From contig NC_002677.1 of assembly GCF_000195855.1 (NCBI RefSeq), positions 2,640,001-2,672,000 on the forward strand: a stretch of 32,000 nucleotides of DNA. The letters are read 5' to 3'. The position numbers were made by a program, and so were the translations under genes. A model generated the notes under the pieces. It searched no databases and was not told where the DNA came from. It saw only the letters and a program-made list of their open reading frames with translations. Shown piece after piece: positions 31,917-32,000 of the stretch. The stretch is from Mycobacterium leprae TN. GTDB lineage: Bacteria > Actinomycetota > Actinomycetes > Mycobacteriales > Mycobacteriaceae. How positions within the stretch are numbered: position 1 is the first letter of the stretch; the number at the start of each line of letters is the position of its first letter.

Positions 31917-32000
31917 AATCAGACTACTAGGCGTAGGTACCTCGTCGATGTGAATTTCAGTGCCGGTGATGAACGTGCCTCCTAGGACGTCCTAGGACAC

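Noticed and set aside
1-32000. CRISPR arrays, rRNA genes, and M. leprae dispersed repeats (RLEP/REPLEP/LEPREP)
   Set aside because: I saw no regularly spaced direct repeats or rRNA-like sequence. I do not remember the dispersed-repeat consensus well enough to recognise them by eye, so their absence is not established.
31981-32000. CCTAGGAC-GT-CCTAGGAC short direct repeat at the window edge
   Set aside because: It is truncated by the window end and too short to interpret.

Overview
This is a high-GC mycobacterial chromosome segment. From my memory of M. tuberculosis H37Rv, the left 19.7 kb follows, in inverted orientation, the block emrB(Rv0783c)-ptrB-purC-Rv0779c-cyp126-purB-Rv0776c-Rv0775-Rv0774c-ggtA-purD ... 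Rv0759c-phoR-phoP. Most non-housekeeping genes are broken by frameshifts and in-frame stops, the pattern expected of Mycobacterium leprae-type reductive evolution. The species call is inference. Reading frames I consider intact: ptrB, purC, an Rv0779c-like membrane protein, purB, purD, a HIT-family protein, tRNA-Thr(UGU), an S1-like serine protease and an LCP (LytR-CpsA-Psr) protein. Recognisable pseudogenes: emrB-like MFS pump, two TetR regulators, a DoxX-like membrane protein, a P450, a DUF429 protein, an esterase, ggtA, a REP13E12-type DUF222/HNH gene, phoR and phoP. Synteny collapses to the right of the tRNA (19.8-30.3 kb) into a mosaic. It holds a PE pseudogene with a histidine-phosphatase-like tail, the intact protease ORF, and an IS3-family transposase remnant. 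It also holds a decayed Tn554-like module (two tandem tyrosine recombinases plus a small third gene), a second IS3 tail, and a low-GC patch with a divergent PE/PPE pair and unassignable small ORFs. I found no CRISPR array, no rRNA and no convincing intact novel multi-gene system. The observations most worth follow-up are the surviving protease, the recombinase module, strongly strand-asymmetric (C much greater than G) tracts in the mobile-element remnants, and several exact palindromes and duplications. All homology statements rest on motif recognition by eye, not on searches.
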